Source of the DNA: Eledone cirrhosa
Taxonomy: Eukaryota
NCBI GenBank assembly: GCA_964016885.1
Contig: OZ024752.1
Span: forward strand, 45,074,001-45,138,000
Reading direction: 5' to 3'
DNA: 64,000 nt
Every line of letters starts with the position of its first letter. The first letter of the stretch is position 1. The notes beneath the pieces were generated by a model. The model saw only the letters and a program-made list of their open reading frames with translations. It did not search any database and was not told where the DNA came from. The position numbers and the translations under genes were made by a program. Positions 1 to 12,190 of the stretch are shown piece after piece.

Positions 1-120
1 GAACGTGGAAGAGCCGAACTCCCACTGTCATCGCTCCCATCTCTCTCGCCCTCCCCATCTCTCCGTATGGTGAGCAAATGGGGTCTCACGTGCTGGCCTC
101 CCCACAGCCCCGACGAACAG
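1..120 (+). mobile_element. Internal fragment of a short dispersed repeat (putative MITE)
   Basis: 1-65 matches the reverse complement of 17353-17417; 92-120 matches the reverse complement of ~43121-43147. Confidence 0.55.
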
Positions 121-754
121 ATACAAAACCTAATTTTAACACTTCGTAGTGAGATCACAACGAAACAGTTACTAAGCCTACATTTCTTTTTACAGTCCAC
201 CCACTCAGACCAACTCATATGACAGATCAATGTACTATATAACCTTCTCTCGCTCTCTCCATATTTCCATATCTTCACAATATTTATTTATTGATTACAC
301 GATATAATTATACGCTTCATATAATTATACACATTTCTATAAAACTGTGATCCTTTAAAATTCAGTAAAGCGTCTTTCTGGCGTCTCTACCCTAATTAGT
401 AACGCAGTTAGCCTAATAGTACCGTTGGCCTTCATCATGCACAATTGCTTTTGTTTATCATTTTCTATTATGGAGAGAAGACTCTTTTATCTTGCTATTA
501 AATAGATATTTACTGTACTGGCCTTTCACATATAGTATGCCGTTACTATGCCATTACTGTGCTGATAACATGGTGAAATATTCTGCATCTTCTAACTGAC
601 CTTCATATTGTATTGCTTAAAAATTTGTAGAAATTTTCACTGTTTTAGAAGTGATATTTATTTAAAGCTAATAAACTTCTCGTTAAAATTGATTTTAAAA
701 CACGTCTGAGGCTCAGAATAGGCCACATTATGCTCTGTTTCGTGTTTCACTGCT

Positions 755-930
755 TTTAAATCCATTCGTTTCCATATTTCGAATAATTGCCAATGATTTT
801 CAAATCATTTTGAAACAATCAAGGATTTGAAAAGATTTAATATAATTAAATTTCGATTCATTAACCGGGTGTTTGTAACATAATTTAACAAAAGTTATTG
901 CACAATATTATAATAAAATGTTATAAAATG
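755..930 (+). repeat. Degraded AT-rich dispersed repeat (possibly a TTAA-type MITE)
   Basis: Motif catatttc...tttcaaat(a/c)attttgaaa recurs at ~42500-42690 and ~51690-51750. Confidence 0.4.
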
Positions 931-1299
931 AATATCAAAACCTTAAAATAAATAGTTTTCTAACGTAAAACTAAGCGGCGATTTAGGCGGTTCGATATAA
1001 AAATGGCTAATGAGAATTGTGTGGCAGAAGATTTGTGAGAAATGATGAATTTTACGATGGAAGAACAGTGCTTCATTGTGAGTTTGTAGAATAAGCAGAA
1101 GTTTGGGTCTGAAATTAAAGACTAATTTTTGGAACGAAGAGTTTATTTGATAAATGATGGGGTCGTTAGGAGGGATTATCAATAAATCGTATATAAGCCT
1201 AACACTCTAACTACGAAGCTATTCGTCCTTACATGCGTACATATATTCACACACGATGGCTGCAAACTCTGCCAAGAGTATTGCAATCACTTGTCAGGT

Positions 1300-1518
1300 T
1301 CAGATGTGGGACGCTCGGACATGGCTTTTCAAGCCTGCTAGAGACTTGCACTCCTTCACACATTGACGACAACTATGGATCTCCCTGGCTTGAGGTCCTG
1401 CACCAGGTTGCCTGTGAACCCTCACAACACCGTGGAGATCATAGTTCACTGGTTCTCTTTGAACATGGCTGCGACTGTGGCTCCTGAGACCAGATTTGTT
1501 CAAGCAAATCTTTCACAC
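1300..1518 (-). pseudogene. C2H2-like zinc-finger remnant, probably the C-terminus of an RTE-clade LINE ORF
   Basis: Translates CRQCVKECKSLAGLKSHVRASH (C-x2-C-x12-H-x4-H), plus a broken second copy (CERFA / NKSGLRSHSRSH). The GL.SH.R.H ending is typical of RTE C-termini. Confidence 0.5.
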
Positions 1519-1960
1519 ATACATACATAAAAATATACATGCATACATAAAATATACATACATAAAAATATACATGCATAAAATATACATACATAAAAAT
1601 ATACATGCATACATAAAATATACATACATAAAAATATACATGCATACATAAAATATAAGTACGTACATGTACACAAAAATATACATACAGAAAAGCATAC
1701 AGATATACATATATATACATAGATACATACAGAAAAACAGACATATATACATTCATAAATATATACATAAATATATACATACATATATACATACATATAC
1801 ATACATAAATACATATATATACAATATATATACATACATACAATATATATACATACATACAATATATATACATACATACATAGATAAAAATATAAGTACA
1901 TACATACACACAGAAAAATATACATACATACATATATAAATACATATATATATATACACA
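1513..1960. repeat. Compound (TACA/TA)n microsatellite
   Basis: Directly visible. Confidence 0.95.
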
Positions 1961-2597
1961 CTAAAAATTATCGATTAGTTCAAAGAATGTATAAAATAGA
2001 TTCTCTCTATAGACAAGAAAATTGATTGCCGCCATTGATTGCTATGAATATATACACTGGAGTGTGTATAAGTGGAATATATAGGGATACGCACTCAGAA
2101 CTCTATGTATGTATGTACATGTGTGTATATATATTTATATTGGTGTATAGATATATACACTTTTACCTCGCTCTCTCTCCCTATATATATATATTAATTA
2201 ATACATATACACACCTCTCTCTCTATATCTATCTATCTATCTATCTCTTTATATATATATTAATATACATATACACATATACAGCCCATGCTATGTTACA
2301 ACCCCCATTAAGTCATGTTTAAATTAGATATTTCTTTCAGGAGAAGAGATAATAACTCTGATGAGAATATATTCCAGTTCAGTGGTTTTGCTAGCTTCTT
2401 TGATTGCCTGGGAATATGTAGGGCAGAACGAGTTCTTTGAGAAACGGCATCTCGGCCTGCTGTCGTTTATATTCAAATCTATTTTTGTAAGGAAATGTGA
2501 TTAACGTTTCCAAACCAACTCCACCTCCACCAATCCCTTCACTTCTCTCATGTAACTATCAATAGATATCTATATTTCTATATCCCTGCTCTCTCTG

Positions 2598-2652
<55 letters not shown>

Positions 2653-2658
<6 letters not shown>

Positions 2659-2736
2659 AACAGAAATAACAACACAATCGGTACAGTATATGGAAGGGGT
2701 ATATCAGGTTAACGCTTGATATAGCAGGAAAGAGGG

Positions 2737-2738
<2 letters not shown>
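2653..2738 (-). mobile_element. Penelope-like pseudo-LTR fragment, family A, truncated before the ribozyme
   Basis: Near-identical to 33767-33848 and to the reverse complement of 52871-52955; flanked by (TA)n on both sides. Confidence 0.7.
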
Positions 2739-2770
<32 letters not shown>

Positions 2771-3142
2771 TCAGGTGTTGATGAAAATGGTTGTAGCTTT
2801 GCTGAATGTGTTTTTCGACATCCATTCTGGAGTTTTCTACTTTCTTTAGTGAGGATACTTCCCAGATTTGGAAACCTGTCAGTCAAACTTCTCCAAAGTC
2901 TGTAGTATGGTTGTCCCGTCTCTCTGGTCAAAATGGCCGAAGTGTGCATCTGTTGGCAATTATATTGTTCTGGTCACTAAAACAAACTGAATTGAACTCA
3001 CTGAAGGACAGCAGGGAGCTGACTATTTTATACTTTGTACATATCTCCTCATTCATTTCGTAATTAAGAGTCACAATAGTGCACAATTTATCTCAACTTT
3101 TCTTGCTTTAATGTACATACGTGTGTATCCATGTATACATAC

Positions 3143-3179
<37 letters not shown>

Positions 3180-3280
3180 CACAAACACACTCACACACAT
3201 AAATATATATATATAGGTATCTATCTATCTATCTATCTATCTATCTAGGGTCATGCTGCCAATAAACATAAAAAAGAAAG

Positions 3281-3317
<37 letters not shown>

Positions 3318-3760
3318 CAAATTGTGATTTTAGATGAAAGCAATCCAGTCATAAAGCTCTCCACCCCCCACCACCTTCGTGTGAGAAACCACTTAGTCAA
3401 CTATATGAAGTCTCCTTCTTTAAATGATACTTTAGTTTCTACTTTATAACGAGGTCTTTATTGTTTCGCCATCTGTGTAGCCTCTAATTGCCGCTAAAGT
3501 TGAAATCTATAGCATACAATTATGACCTGACATAGGTGTTAAATCTGACTGTAAAAGGTTACAACACTAGCTGTGATGGAAATCAAGTTTAGGCGTCACT
3601 TCATTGTCACTATAAAGCTATATAGTTTACTATGAAGTGTATATGTATGTATGGCTTAGTAGTTAGTTTGTTTAGCTCACGAATGCAGGGATGGGGGTCG
3701 TCAGTTCGATAATTGGACGGACAGCGAAGTGTCTTGCGTCTTTGAGCAAGACAATTATTT

Positions 3761-4175
3761 CAGACCTACCAATATCTAAAAACCCCAAACGTGGAGTACC
3801 ATGAAATAAAAGTGCCCCCAAAACTGGGAGAAATGAGGCAAAATATGGAGATTTTACATAATTGTTTCTACTTTAGGCACAAGGCCAGCAATTACCCAAT
3901 GCATTACTGGTACTTTATTTTATCGACCCCGTAAGGATGAAAGGCAAAGTCAATCTCGGCGGGATTTGAACTCAGACGTAAAGGGACGTAACTATGCTGG
4001 AAAGCATGGCGTTCGGACCCTCTACCGATACTGCCAATCCACCGCCCCTGGATTTTACATAATGGAGATTTTACATAATGAAAGCTATACCTATTTTCAC
4101 TAGAGAAAATATCTTTCACCCACCCTAAAGTGGGTGGGAGATCACCCCGTGGGGCGAGGAGAGTTGACAGGTCTG
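3761..4175 (+). mobile_element. hAT-like MITE
   Basis: TIRs CAGACCTaccaa / ttgacAGGTCTG; degenerate 8-bp TSD aattattt / ctatattt. Partial copies at 4290-4425, 33177-33247 and 17110-17134 (-). Confidence 0.65.
3863..4048 (-). mobile_element. tRNA-derived SINE with Nin/Deu-like central domain, near full length
   Basis: Minus strand has A box tggcagtatcgg, B box gagttcaaatcc and core gcctttcatccttacggggtcgataaaataaagtacc. 13-bp TSD gattttacataat at 3850-3862 and 4051-4063. Confidence 0.85.
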
Positions 4176-4925
4176 CTATATTTCACGTTACTCCAGTCCA
4201 CTCAGCTGGAAAACAATGAGTTGTACCTGTAATTGAAAGAGAGAAACTTGTCACACTGTATCTCCATTAGAAATTAGAACACAATAGGGGTCTGACTTCT
4301 AAAAACCCCAAACGGGGAGTACCATGAAAAAAAGGGCCTCAAAACGGGAAGAAATGAGGCAAAATGAGGAGATTTTACTTAATGAAAGCTATACCCATTT
4401 TCACTAGAGAAGACATCTCTCACCCACCACCAATACCATCACCACCACCACCAACGCCAATACCATCACCAATACCATCATCACCACCACCACCAATACC
4501 ACCACCACCAATACCAGTCACTTAGAAGTCTCGTTGTAGTTTGTGCCCCCCCCCCCCCCAAAAAAAAAATGGAGTAAAAATGACATTCATTGGATTAATA
4601 TTTTCATTGGTTGTTTGGAGTAGTTTTTTGTTGAGATGTCCAGTGGGTGGTGGTAAGAAAATGGTGTGATTCTTGTGTCAGTGGCACTATTAAAGTCTAG
4701 CAAGATTGGCTGCGACTTAAATAATGATTCGTTAATGCTGAGTGGGGGAAATTTGGAAGGATGAGACGAGGGGAAGTTGAATTATTCATCGCCAGTGTTT
4801 ATTCTATCATCACGAGATTTGTCTAACAAAGAACGTTATTGCCTTAATGTATGACTTAAACACCATTCGGCCATTTTACACACAAACAAACTTTATCTCT
4901 CTCTCTCCGTATATTTCTGTATATA

Positions 4926-5729
<804 letters not shown>

Positions 5730-5924
5730 CCAAGCCCTACTCACATGGTATTGGTCAAACTGAGGCTATAGTAGATTCTTGCCACATTTAACCACCAATG
5801 GACGTATCTCTCACATCTCTCAAACTTCAGATTTCCAAATGCTTTGTAAGTTAAACATTTTTATTTACACTTTCATCTTCATGCCCAAATTTACGACTTC
5901 AAAATACATGAATGTGGTAAAGGG

Positions 5925-6328
5925 GTTGGTTACGAAATTGGCAGAGAAAATTGCTAGAATTGCGAGCAGATTGGCAAATACACTGGCAAGGAAGTTGGCT
6001 ATGATACTGAGAAAGAGACCTCCGATGAGGTTGGTAAGGAGATTGGCGAGGAGATTGGCAAGGAGTCTGACAAGAACCTGGCAAGAACCTGGCACGGAGA
6101 CTGCTATACAGATTGGCAAGAAGGCTTGGCTAGGAGAGTGGCAAGATGGCTGAATACGAAACTAAAAGATCGGATAGGAGACAGGTAATAAGACTGACTA
6201 GGAGATTGGTGTGGAAGTTGGTTAGGAAATTAGCGAAGAGGAGACAGCTAGGGGTATGGTAAGGAGGTTGGCAAAGAAGTTGAACAGGAGGTAGACATGT
6301 GGCTAACTAGAAAGCTGGCTAGGAAACT
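5925..6328 (+). repeat. Degenerate 12-bp minisatellite (GATTGGCAAGGA-like)
   Basis: Repeated ttggcNaggaNN units; accounts for ORF 5779-6153. Confidence 0.75.
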
Positions 6329-6619
6329 AAATTGTTTATAAAGGTGAAGGAAAATAGAATGACCTAGGACGTCAATATGTGTCTGGTTCCAACAACAGAA
6401 AGGTTAATTTAAATATATAACTAAAATATATAAAACCAGAAGCAGAAATACACGGAAATTTAAATCTTAATTATTTAAAAGTATATTATTGTCTGTGTTT
6501 GTTCCCATTCATCAGAAATGCTATATTTTCAAATACTACAAACACATTTACAAAGCATAGACGATAATAAATTGAATCTATATGTAATTAAATTTACATC
6601 AATAAATATCTGGTCAGCA

Positions 6620-6835
6620 AAGGTGTGTACCTTAGTGGTTACAGTGTTCGGCTCACAAATGTAAGGTGATGAGTTCGATTCCGGGCGGCATGATGTGTCC
6701 TCGAGGAAGATATATATTTAGTAAGGTGTAGTTTAAAGGGTCAGTCTTGTCGTACAGTGTGTCACAGTGAACCTCTCTCTTAGAGAACTATATTAAGGGA
6801 ACACACGTCTCTAGAATGCGCAGTCACGTGCACAA
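6620..6835 (+). mobile_element. tRNA-derived SINE (Meta/V-like)
   Basis: cttagtggtt A box, gagttcgattcc B box, gtgtcctcgagga. Confidence 0.7.
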
Positions 6836-6837
6836 TA

Positions 6838-7050
6838 ATGGTTTCTGATTTAGGCACAAGGCCAGCAATTTTGGTGGAGGGGGGGAGTCGATTAAATCGA
6901 CCCTAGTGCATTACTGGTACTTTTTTTTATCGACACTAAGGATGAAAGGCAAAGTTAACCTCGGGGGGATTTGAACTCAGAACGTAAACGGCCATAACTC
7001 TATGCTGTAAAGCATGAATGTCTGACGTATTAATTTCCACTGAACTACCG
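6838..7050 (-). mobile_element. Nin/Deu-domain SINE
   Basis: Same core as 3863-4048. Confidence 0.8.
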
Positions 7051-7614
7051 TCTCTAAAGTGTGAGATATTTTTATTAAGACGACGAGAATTGGTCTTCAA
7101 CGCTGCTGAAATAGTAAATATAACTTTACTCCTTTCTCAAGTAGAAACTTTTATTTATTTGACATCGAAGAAAACAATTCATTTTCCTTTATTGTTAAAG
7201 ATGATACCTCCCAAAGATACTTGAGTCTCATTCAGATTACTTAGCCGCCATTTCATTATAGTTTGACTTGAGCAGTAGAGGAGAAATGTAGTAGAAATCT
7301 CCAAGTTGTAGTAGAAAGCTCTTGGCTGTCCATCGTTCCTTTATTGAATCTAGGTCACCCATCGAAGAAGAAACTCCATTTACAATAAGTGATATCTGAT
7401 TATTGATTAGCGTTAACTAAATCAAATACATGAACCTATATTAGAGAAATCTGTTGCACTGAACGAGAGATATCTTCAAGCTTCGTTCAGACAGAATATA
7501 CTTTCAATTTTAGTCTCAACATTGCCTCAATATGTTAACATCTTTTTATTTCTCTTGAAATCTTCCATCATAATCTTTTGTAACGACCAGTTGTTTCGAT
7601 AGAACCATATATGG

Positions 7615-8300
7615 ACTGTGTGTCGATGTTGGCACATGGGGGAGTCATGGTTTTATACTGTACCCCACTTTGTTTTCTTTTTGTTTTTGTTGGTGATGGA
7701 TTTCATCATGAGGAGGTCCATGAGGGATTTAGCATACAGCCTCAAAGGGGAACAAGGAAGGTGCACAGACTTTGACCTCGAAGGGGAACAGGGAAGGTTC
7801 ATAGACCTTGACCTCGAAGAGGAACAGGGAAGGTTCACAGACCTTAACCTCGAAGGGGAACAGGGAAAGTTCAATAACCTTGACCTTGAAGGGAACAGGG
7901 AAGGTTCAATGACCTTGACCTTGAATGGGAACAGGGAATATTTAATGACCTTGACCTCGAAGGGTAACAGGGAAGGTTCACTGACCTTGACCTCAATGAT
8001 GATCTGGAACACCTACGATAATGCAACACATGACAACCTGTCTCAGCAATAATTGTTCGAAGGTCGGTCTTCAGGTCAATCTTGTATTCACTACAATGAT
8101 ATTTATTGAGGAGGTACAACAGATATCAATCAAGTTGGAAGGTCAGACTTTGGATATGCTTCACACCTTCACAGACCGTCACACACCTGAGCAGTGTCCT
8201 CGCTAAAGATGGCAACTCAAGATCTGATATTGTAAAACACACTCGGAGAAGCTGCAACCACCTTCAGCACCTGATGCCTGTGTGATCGGGGTCAGATGTA
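7615..8300 (+). pseudogene. RTE-clade LINE reverse transcriptase fragment, frameshifted, with internal minisatellite
   Basis: Across frames: FLLVMDFIMRR, DLDLNDDL (degenerate DLDFADD), SKVGLQVNL, then KDGNSRSDIVKH. This follows the RT motif order. Confidence 0.75.
7741..7995 (+). repeat. 36-bp minisatellite, ~7 copies
   Basis: Unit gaccttgacctcgaaggggaacagggaaggttcaca = DLDLEGEQGRFT. Confidence 0.9.
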
Positions 8301-8339
8301 GATCTTGTGTTTCCTAGGGCACTTCAGTTTTTTGGGGGT

Positions 8340-8515
8340 CCCCTCATATACAATGTGTGACAAACCCGGGATCCTTTGAATCAAAGGTAGAACTCATTTT
8401 TTTTCCAGTCAAATCGATTAAAGCAACATGAAAGTGTCTCGCCCAAGGATACAACACACTACCGGGAATCGAACTCACAACCTTACGATCATAAGCCGAA
8501 CAACCTAACCATTAG
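8340..8515 (-). mobile_element. tRNA-derived SINE (Meta/V-like)
   Basis: Reverse complement shows gagttcgattcccgg and gtatccttgggcgagacacttt. Confidence 0.65.
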
Positions 8516-9221
8516 GTTCTTTCACATAACATATTATAGGATAATAACTCCCCTTCATAATGCCATAAATAGACTTTTGTAAGAATCTAAAATTAATTTG
8601 AGTATTCTTGTGATTTATAGCTTTAAAAACGATATTCTCCCCCATCTTGAAAATTTCAATGCACATAAAATATATTTATTCATGTATTACTAAAATAAAC
8701 ATATAATCAAAAACAAAATCGGCATTCATCTTAGATCTACACACAATTAATTATATACTACTTAACAACAAGCTTATTTTATTAAGTATATATAAGCTGA
8801 AACTTCAATTTTTTCGTTCAATAAAATTCCCTCATACCACCAACAGCACGTTCGACCCTCATTATTAAAAAATAACACACATACACACATACACACATAC
8901 ACACACAAACACATGCATACTTCCCCTCCCCCCACACACACATTTGTTATCTTCCTCGTATATTACGTCAGTTGTCTCCCTTCTTCATTTAAATTCTCTT
9001 CTACCTTCGTCAAATGCTTCAATGTTATTTTATTTACTACGTCTGGAGTTTAAAAGCAATGCGCATGTCCTTCCCAAGTCCGCCAAGACCGGTGAGGTTG
9101 GAAAGAGAGAATGGATTATATATATATATATATATATATATAATAGAGAGAGTAAGTAATTGAAGGGTTTTCTGAGAATGTCTAGCTCTTTCCATCAAGG
9201 CTGAACATTTTAGACATAAAA

Positions 9222-9325
9222 TACAGGATGTCCCCCAAAAATGTATACATACTTTGATTACCTGTAGAGGCAATATTTATTAATATGCTATTGAAGTGTG
9301 TATACATTTTTTGGGACACCCTGTA
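9222..9325. mobile_element. Tc1/mariner-type MITE
   Basis: TIRs tacaggatgtcccccaaaaatgtatac / gtatacattttttgggacaccctgta, flanked by TA. Confidence 0.8.
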
Positions 9326-9343
9326 TTTTACATATATACATAG

Positions 9344-9383
<40 letters not shown>

Positions 9384-9456
9384 GTATGTAGTTGACGGCT
9401 GAGAGAAAGGAGTACTCAATACCGAAATTTAATATTATCAAGGTTAAATAGGGAGT

Positions 9457-9493
9457 CTTGTTACTCAAGAGATTCGCTAGTTCATCAGACAAA
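9457..9493 (-). ncRNA. Degenerate type I hammerhead ribozyme
   Basis: tttgt CTGATGA actagc GAAt ctc tt gag TA acaag: 5-bp stem I, GAAA changed to GAAT. Confidence 0.5.
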
Positions 9494-9754
9494 CCAAACC
9501 TGTTTGTAAAGAAACAGTTATGATACACTGCAGAAATGTTTTAACGGCTGATTAATTCCATGAATTAAATACAATCTAGAAAGACAACTGAATGCCATCT
9601 CGTCCAAACTATCCGTTTATCTGTACTTACTTCACTGATTCTGCACCACGTGATGTCAAATTAAGATTATAAGAAATTCTCTTAATCTCTTCTCATAACA
9701 ATTGAATCTCAGATCAACGAAATCGAACTGAAACGCTGAAAGATATCAACTATT

Positions 9755-9786
<32 letters not shown>

Positions 9787-10109
9787 TACTTTCTTTTCTT
9801 TGTGCTCTGAGTTCAACTATTTAGAAAGACAGGTTTCTAACCTTTCAAACATTCCATATTTATATCACCTCTTTATTAATTCAACCAACATATGAGCCGA
9901 ATGTTTAGTCATGAAAGGTGATTTATAAGATTTCAACACGAACTTATAAGCGGTAGACTTATCGTTTTACGTTCGTGTTTTTTTTTTGTCTATGTTTGCA
10001 CGAGTTGCACTGAGCTCAGAGCTTAACACAATTGTACGCGTGTTAAGTAACTTAGGGTACCACACATCACTGTGGGAAGGACGTTAGCCCGTCTCGAGGC
10101 TTACTGCCA

Positions 10110-10490
10110 ACTGTGGGAAAGTACTGTGGGTTAATAGCTGAGGATATTACTGTGGGAAAGTACTGTGGGTTAATAGCTGAGGATATTACTGTGGGAAAGT
10201 ATTGTGGGTTAATAGCTGAGGATATTACTGTGGGAAAGTATTGTGGGTTAATAGCTGAGGATATTACTGTGGGAAAGTACTGTGGGTTAATAGCTGAGGA
10301 TATTACTGTGGGAAAGTACTGTGGGTTAATAGCTGAGGATATTACTGTGGGAAAGTATTGTGGGTTAATAGCTGAGGATATTACTGTGGGAAAGTATTGT
10401 GGGTTAATAGCTGAGGATATTACTGTGGGAAAGTACTGTGGGTTAATAGCTGAGGATATTACTGTGGGAAAGTACTGTGGGATAATAGCT
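10110..10490 (+). repeat. 39-bp minisatellite, ~10 copies
   Basis: Unit actgtgggaaagtactgtgggttaatagctgaggatatt. Confidence 0.95.
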
Positions 10491-11257
10491 TAGAATACTT
10501 CTGTGGGATAGCGTAATGGGATAGCATAGTGGTATAGTACTATAATGGGATACCACTATAGTGTTTAGTACTAAAATAGCATAGTGGGATAGTACTGTGG
10601 GATACTACATTAGTATATTACTGTGGGATAGCATAGTGGTATAGTATTGAGGGATAATAGCTTAGGATACTACCGTGGTATAGTACCATAGTGTGATACT
10701 ACTATAGTATTTAGTAATAGGATAACACACTGAGATAGAACTGGTATAGTACTAAGATAGTACTGTGGTATAGAACTGGTATAGTACTAAGATAGTACTG
10801 GGGTATAGAACTGGTATAGTATAGTACTAATATAGTACTGTGGTATAGAACTGGTATAGTATAGTACTAATATAGTACTATGGTATAGAACTGGTATAGT
10901 ATTGTACTAAGGTAGTACTGTGGTATAGAACTGGTATAGTACTGTGGTATAGAACTGGTATAGTATAGTACTAATATAGTACTATGGTATAGAACTGGTA
11001 TAGTATTGTACTAAGGTAGTACTGTGGTATAGAACTGGTATAGTATAGTACTAATATAGTACTATGGTATAGAATTGGTATAGTATTGTACTAAGGTAGT
11101 ACTGTGGTATAGAACTGGTATAGTATAGTACTGTGGTATAGAACTGGTATAGTATAGTACTAATATAGTACTATGGTATAGTATTGTACTAAGGTAGTAC
11201 TGTGGTATAGAACTGGTATAGTATAGTACTAATATAGTACTATAGTATAGAACTGGC
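10491..11257 (+). repeat. Degenerate minisatellite built from tagtactgtggtatagaactggtatag modules
   Basis: Directly visible; shares agtactgtgg with the 39-bp unit. Confidence 0.9.
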
Positions 11258-11959
11258 AACGCACTAGGATAGAACACAACACTTAGTGCAAACAACAAAT
11301 ACATTCTCAACACATTTTGTTAACTTGACATTTGTCTGTGTTATTTTTAAACGAAACTGAAACAAACCTGCTTTCTACTTGCCATAGCAGTCACGATCGA
11401 TTTTATTGAAACACGGAGAGAGAGAGAGAGAACTTAAACTTCCCTAATTTTAGCTACTGGAACCAGAAGGTAGTTAAGAATTCCTAATAATTACTTGATG
11501 CAGCAAAGCACTAAATATCACTCAATGTAAAACGTAGACCACTTGAAAATTTTTAAAGAGAGCCATGTCAGAAGCAATAACCTCTCGCCCCGATAAATAT
11601 ATATCTTTCTATACTTTCTGGCAAAGATAATGATACTTACTGACGAATTATGGAACGATTCTCGGCATAGTTATACATATCGACAATACTATATCTCGGG
11701 TTTTATTATCAAGATTAAACATTGCTAATAAAAAAGAAAAGGAATGAAATACCTGAAATATTCTGTAGATTATAAGAATGGAGTTTCTTCGATAGTTCCT
11801 CTTTCAATTTCTTTCTCTCGTTCTTACATTATTTCCATCAAATTATTTCTATTCCTCTAAAACCATTTCACTAATCAGGTATACTGTTGGTCACTATTAT
11901 ATTAATTCTGTGGACCATCCCAACATCCCCCCCCCAGCCTCTTTCCATTTCTTTCTTTC

Positions 11960-12034
11960 TGTATGTCTCTCCTTCTCTCTCATCATCTCTCCTTCTCTCT
12001 CACCATCTCTCTTCTCTCTCTCTCTCTCTCATCA

Positions 12035-12065
<31 letters not shown>

Positions 12066-12152
12066 ATCATCATCTCTCCTCTCTCTCTCTCATCATCTCT
12101 CCTCTCTCTCTCTCTCTCTCTCATCATCTCTCTTCTCTCTCTCTCTCGCTCC

Positions 12153-12190
<38 letters not shown>
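11960..12190. repeat. (CT)n/(CAT) compound microsatellite
   Basis: Directly visible. Confidence 0.9.

Larger units (their letters stand above)
3650..4270 (+). mobile_element. tRNA-derived SINE (Meta/V-domain-like) interrupted by nested insertions
   Basis: A box tggcttagtag, B-box-like gttcgat and gtctttgagcaagac at 3650-3760; the body resumes at 4176 (tttcacgttactccagtccactcagctg). Confidence 0.7.

Noticed and set aside
2358-2385. CTGATGA followed by a gaat/attc hairpin (likewise ~24452 on the minus strand)
   Set aside because: No GAAA, stem III or stem I partner.
5779-6153. Amphipathic basic peptide ORF
   Set aside because: Explained by a degenerate 12-bp repeat.
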